In this document: positions 51,900 through 64,000 of the stretch, in pieces
How the letters are laid out: every line of letters begins with the position of its first letter
Numbering within the stretch: the stretch's first letter is position 1
Position numbers and translations under genes: made by a program
Origin: Antedon mediterranea
Lineage: Eukaryota; Animalia; Echinodermata
Direction: 5' to 3'
Assembly: GCF_964355755.1 (NCBI RefSeq)
Contig: NC_092677.1
Location: forward strand, 7,028,101 to 7,092,100
DNA: 64,000 nt
The notes under the pieces: generated by a model
Database searches by the model: none
The model's input: the letters and a program-made list of their open reading frames with translations, nothing else
Told to the model about the DNA's origin: nothing

Positions 51900-54800
51900 A
51901 TTTAAAATGTTTTACTCTAACCAAATTGGTTATAGTAAAACACAGTGATAAATTACTATGTAAATGTCATTTATCATATTATTAAATGTTTCCTATTCTT
52001 TATCATTGTGCTTTACTCTAATCAAATTGGTTATAGTAAAACACAGTGCTAAATTTCTATGTGAATGTCATTTATCATGTTATTAAATGTTCCTATTCTA
52101 TATCATTGTGTTTTACTCTAATCAAATTGGTTATAGTAAAACACAGTGATAAATTGCTATGTAAATAATCATTATTATTAAATGTTTCCTATTCTATATC
52201 ATTGTGCTTTACCATAACCGAATTGGTTATAGTAAAACACAGTGCTAAATTGCTATGTTAATGTCATTTATCATATTATTAAATGTTTCCTATTCTATAT
52301 CATTGTGCTTTACCATAACCAAATTGGTTATAGTAAAACACAGTGCTAAATTGCTATGTGAATGTCATTTATCAAATTATTAAATGTTTCATATTCTTTA
52401 TCATTGTGTTTTACTTTGACCAAATTGTTTATAGTAAAACACAGTGCTAAATTGCTATGTAAGTCATTTATCATATTATTAAATGTTTCCTATTCTATAT
52501 CATTGTGCTTTACCATAACCAAATTGGTTATAGTAAAACACAGTGCTAAATTGCTATGTAAGTCATTTATCATATTATTAAATGTTTCCTATTCTATATC
52601 ATTGTGCTTTACCATAACCAAATTGGTTATAGTAAAACACAGTGCTAAATTGCTATGTAAATGTCATTTATCAAATTATTAAATGTTTCCTATTCTTTAT
52701 CATTATGTTTTACTTTAACCAAATTGGTTATAATAAAACACAGTGATAAATTGCTAAGTAAATAATCATTATTATTAAATGTTTCCTATTCTATATCATT
52801 GTGCTTTATGGGAAGAAAACGTGCATTGCGCACACTGTTTACGCGCCTCAACAATAAACGGCGAATATGCGATTCGTCACTAATTATGGAACGCCGTTTT
52901 ACACAAGTTTTTGGCGATGATAAAAATTGCGTCGATGATGAAATTGCGTCGATGAAAATTGCATCGACGCAATGTAGATTGCGTCGACGCAATTTACATT
53001 GCGTCGATGAAAATTGCATCGATGAAAATTGCGTCGATGAAAATTGCGTCGATGAAAACTGCATCGATGAAAATTGCGTCGATGAAAACTGCATCGATGA
53101 AAATTGATGTGATGAATTTAATTGATTATGAAAATTCCAAATGGTTTTAATTCAATCAATGATGAAAATGACTACTAGTAAAGTAAATGATGATGTTAAT
53201 AATGATGTTAATAATGTTATTATGTTGCTAAAAATTGACGGTTTCTGAATATTTTGATATGATAAACATGTTTACCGCTTGCGCTAGCGCGCGTTATAGA
53301 CAAGCGCACAGTGAGCGCGCACTAAAACAATGTTGAAATATATGCACTGATTAACATTTTAGTGATTTAGTGTCAACACATTTTAGCAATGGATCCATTA
53401 TTGTCCTTTCGGACACATTATATCTTCTAGCTAATTGCTTCCGTTAATCCACCAGTTCAGTACATAAAATTCAGATGTCCAGCATCCATGACATCATATT
53501 CAAATCATACCGGCAGGGAGATCACAATTTATCGATGCAGTTTTCATCGATGCAGTTTTCATCGACGCAATTTTCATCGACGCAATTTTCATCACATTAA
53601 CGCAATTTTCATTACATCGACGCAATTTTCATCGACGCAATGTTCATCACATCGACTTATATTTTCATTACATCAATACTATATTCATCGACGCAATTTC
53701 ATCACATCGACGCAATTTTCATTGCATCATCGACGCGATTTTATCATCGCCTAAACTGGCATTCCATACTAATTGCGTGTGATCTGATTGGTGTATTATA
53801 AATAAATTCATCGCGATGAATTTTTCAGTAGATGTAATGAGACAGTTCAGTAGATGTAATGACAGTTAATTTAATTGTTCTGCTCTTTTTGTACAAATCT
53901 ATACTACTTTATATTATGGATTTTGTAGTACTGTTAAAATTATTAAATCTCTGGAAGTGTGTTTTACGAGTATGTCCGCAAATTTATGCGTTTACGGTTT
54001 TAAAATGTGAGTTTTAAATAGCGAACATGATCTTGTTAGGTGCACTGCGCACGCAGTATTCCAAAATGTCTTACTAATTGGGAGAAAATCATATTGTATC
54101 ATATCATATTATATCCATTCTTTAAATTCATATTCTTTATCCAAAACTAAATTGGTATAGTAAAACACAGTGCTAGCAATTTATCATATTATTAAATGTT
54201 TCATATTCTTTATCATTGTGTTTTACTCTAATCAAATTGGTATAGTAAAACACAGTGCTAAATTGCTATGTGAATGTCATTTATCATATTTTTAAATGTT
54301 TCCTATTCTTTATCATTGTGTTTAACTCTAACCAAATTGGTTATAGTAAAACACAGTGCTAAATTGCTATGTAAATGTTATATATCATATTATTAAATTC
54401 CTATTCTTTATCATTGTGTTTTACTCTAACCAAATTGGTTATAGTAAAACACAGTGATAAATTGCTATGTAAATGTAATTTATCATAATATTATTAAATG
54501 TTTCCTATTCTTTATCATTGTGTTTTACTCTAACCAAATTGGTTATAGAAAAACACAGTGATAAATTGCTATGTAAATGTAATTTATCATGTTATTAAAT
54601 GTTTCCTATTCTTTATCGTTGAGTTTTACTCTAATCAAATTGGTTATAGTAAAACACAGTGCTAAATTGCTATGTAAATGTTATATATCATATTATTAAA
54701 TGTTTCCTATTCTTTATCATTGTGTTTTACTCTAATCAAATTGGTTATAGTAAAACACAGTGAATTGCTATGTAAATGTTATATATCATATTATTAAATG

Positions 54801-55272
54801 TTTCCTATTCTTTATCATTGTGTTTTACTCTAATATGATTGGTTATAGTAAAACACAGTGCTAAATTGCTATGTGAATGTCATTTATCATGTTATTAAAT
54901 GTTTCCTATTCTTTATCATTGTGCTTTACTCTAACCAAATTGGTTATAGTAAAACACAGTGCTAAATTGCTATGTAAATGTCATTTATCATGTTATTAAA
55001 TGTTTCTTATTCTTTATCATTGTGTTTTACTCTAACCAAATTGGTTATAGTAAAACACAGTGCTAAATTGCTATGTAAATGTAATTTATCATATTATTAA
55101 ATGTTTCCTATTCTTTATCATTGTGTTTTACTCTAACCAAATTGGTTATAATTTATTTAATTTCATTTCAAAAGACATTTACCTAAATTTCTATTTAAAT
55201 GTCATTTATCAAATTATTAAATGTTTCCTATTATTTATCTGGTTATATAGTAAAACACTGTGCTAAATTGCT
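51900..55272 (-). repeat. 101-bp satellite, right arm in opposite orientation (51900-52806 and ~54150-55272)
   Basis: Reverse complement of the left-arm unit; the ORF-track translations of 46595..46915(-) and 52362..52682(+) are almost identical. Confidence 0.93.
52886..53767. mobile_element. Foldback-type non-autonomous DNA transposon with subterminal 15-bp tandem repeats
   Basis: Termini ATGGAA(C/T)GCC..GGCGATGATAAAA in inverted orientation; (GATGAAAATTGCGTC)n arrays in opposite orientation at each end; ACTAATT duplicated at 52879-52885 and 53768-53774. Confidence 0.8.
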
Positions 55273-55606
55273 ATTGTATTAAGGACGAGTTCCGAGAAGA
55301 TGTATTCAAAGCTACAACCAATCAGAACAGTGTTAATCAATATAGTCCATGGCTACAGCCAATCAGAAACGTCCAAATCGCAATAACCCCTAGGCTAATA
55401 GAAATTATTGGTCCGAGTAGCCTTTTCAACCAGACGTTGCGAGGTTTAAAAAGTAAAACATGATTTACTCGCCAGTTTGGTATAGTTTATATACCTGTGA
55501 AATCCTGAGGTTGGACACACGGGGGAGTAGACACTTTTGCCGTGGTTTTTTATCTTGGTTTTCTCCATACATTTGGCCTAGCCTAGAAGATTACTATTCA
55601 TTTAAT

Positions 55607-62218
<6,612 letters not shown>

Positions 62219-64000
62219 AATGAATAACACTTGTTAGGACCATGATAATTAAAATAAATGATTTTGTAACAACCTCATCCCCATTTAAACACTGAACTCA
62301 CAAGATCACGTCAAGATTATTATTTCACGATTTGTTTTTTTACAATACAAACAGAAGATACAATACAACTCTCAGACGTCGTCGTTGTTTTTCTTTAAAT
62401 AAGCTTAACTTTTAGATAATATTGAATTCTAGTTTCTCGCAAAAGATTAGCTAAAGTGCTCTATTGGTTTTTAGTAACAAAAGAATTAGCTATTAGATTC
62501 TTTTCTGGTAACATGTAAGCTGCTTAGAAACAAACAATGGACATATTGTTATAAAATTTCTGTTCCTTATTTCAAAACAGACCAATTCAAACATGTTTGT
62601 ATAAGTGCTTTTTAAAAGCTGCACCTGATGAAATTGTGTTTAACATTAGTAAAGTGGAACAGAATTTTTTAGACCGTTTCAGGAAATAAAATGATTGTAT
62701 TGTACTTTTTTCTGTATTAAATTTTGATGTGCCATTTGGCCAGATATTCTGATTCAGATTTCATTATATAAAAAAATGTCCAGTATCTTATCAAGACGAC
62801 GAGGAAGGAGGCCATCTACAGGCGTCGTTAGCCAGTATGGAGGAGTACCAGCCATGAACAATACACCAGTGGACAATCCTGTGCTGAAGTTATTTTTTAT
62901 CACATTGTTCATTGAGAAACGCATCTTAATCAATCTCACTTTTTACCTTAATCTTAATTTTTCTCATACACTTTCCCACCTCAACATGCCCATCTCCATC
63001 GGGCTACTTTAGCAAATTATCAGAAGCATTCGTTAATATTTGACTTAAAATCCTCCATTTTACTTCTTATCTCTTAGTTCATTACCATTTACTCTTCATA
63101 AAACTGCCCTAAAAAATATTTTTAAAAACGTTTTTCTTTACTTAATGCTTTCGTTTTGTCAATATATTGATGTAGTGGGTGTCGTGTTGTTTAATTATCA
63201 GTATGCGTGTGTACATTCATTTATTTTATTTTTATTATCTATTAGCTTTTCCTATCGGTTTTTGTTTTATTGTCTGAATTTATTGATGCATCAAGTTTAT
63301 CACCTCAAATATAATACAATATCTTTAATAGCAAAGCAAGTATTGTGGGGAACGTGTTTTATCACCTGTAAATAAAAACTACAATAAAATGGTAACAAAC
63401 CAACCTCTTCTAATAATATAACAATAAAAAAAGTTACTGTGTGAAAAATAAAAAATAATTAAGAAAGAAAAACTTAATCCTATTTTTTGGTAGTTGTAAC
63501 AAGTAATACTGTACTATATATAAATTTAATCATATTAAGCTCATTGCTTTGCGCAATGGCACATAGCTCGCAGCAGAATTAAATTGTAATCTTTGGCATA
63601 TACCCACATTGTTTTTGTTTGTTTCATTTATTTATTTTCCACACATTGAAAAGAAGAACAGATATACCGGTATATATATACGGTATACTATATAAAAGAA
63701 AAAAATGACGGGAAAAGGAGATCAAAATAAGTAAATTGACCACCTGAACAGTTGTCGACATGACAAGAAAAATAATAACTCTAATATATTGACAAAACAA
63801 TATTGAAAGGAACAAAAAAAAAATAAATATATGGAATGTATCATCTTTGCAAAAAAAACATTGAGCCTACCAATGTTGGAAATTTGTGGGCCTCTTATGG
63901 CAACTCAGTATGGAAGAAACTAATTTCATTTTCTAGTTGAATTTTACTGGTATTCATATCAGGGTTAAGTTTCATTCTACCAAAACGATTCTGGTCCTCT

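Noticed and set aside
44938-55463. ORFs in the satellite and the DENC(V/I) / QFSS(T/M) repeat ORFs at 52786-53754
   Set aside because: Products of 99-101-bp and 15-bp tandem repeats with no splice or domain support.
62754-63815. Short ORFs after PSMB5
   Set aside because: No recognisable domain or exon structure; probably UTR or intergenic sequence.

Overview
AT-rich animal genomic DNA with spliceosomal introns, probably an invertebrate deuterostome (echinoderm-like; inferred from gene sequences, SINE types and TAGGCCTA enrichment). From left to right: the 3' part of a Ty3/Gypsy LTR retrotransposon, apparently within a METTL3 intron; nine METTL3 exons (+); a 5-exon ~845-aa orphan repeat-protein gene (-) with two FFAT-like motifs, head-to-head with ADAT1 (+); a ~20.4-kb tandem array of about 86 intron-containing tRNA-Leu(CAA) genes (-) with higher-order repeats and recurrent defective variant classes; SHCBP1 (+); a broken paralog of the orphan gene (+); a ~10-kb block of palindromic 101-bp satellite in two opposing arms, interrupted by a Helitron and a foldback element; and PSMB5 (+). 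Introns and intergenic DNA carry many MITEs and SINEs, a Penelope-like inverted repeat with a hammerhead core, and tiny palindromic P-element-like footprints. All exon boundaries and copy counts were read by eye; no database searches were run.
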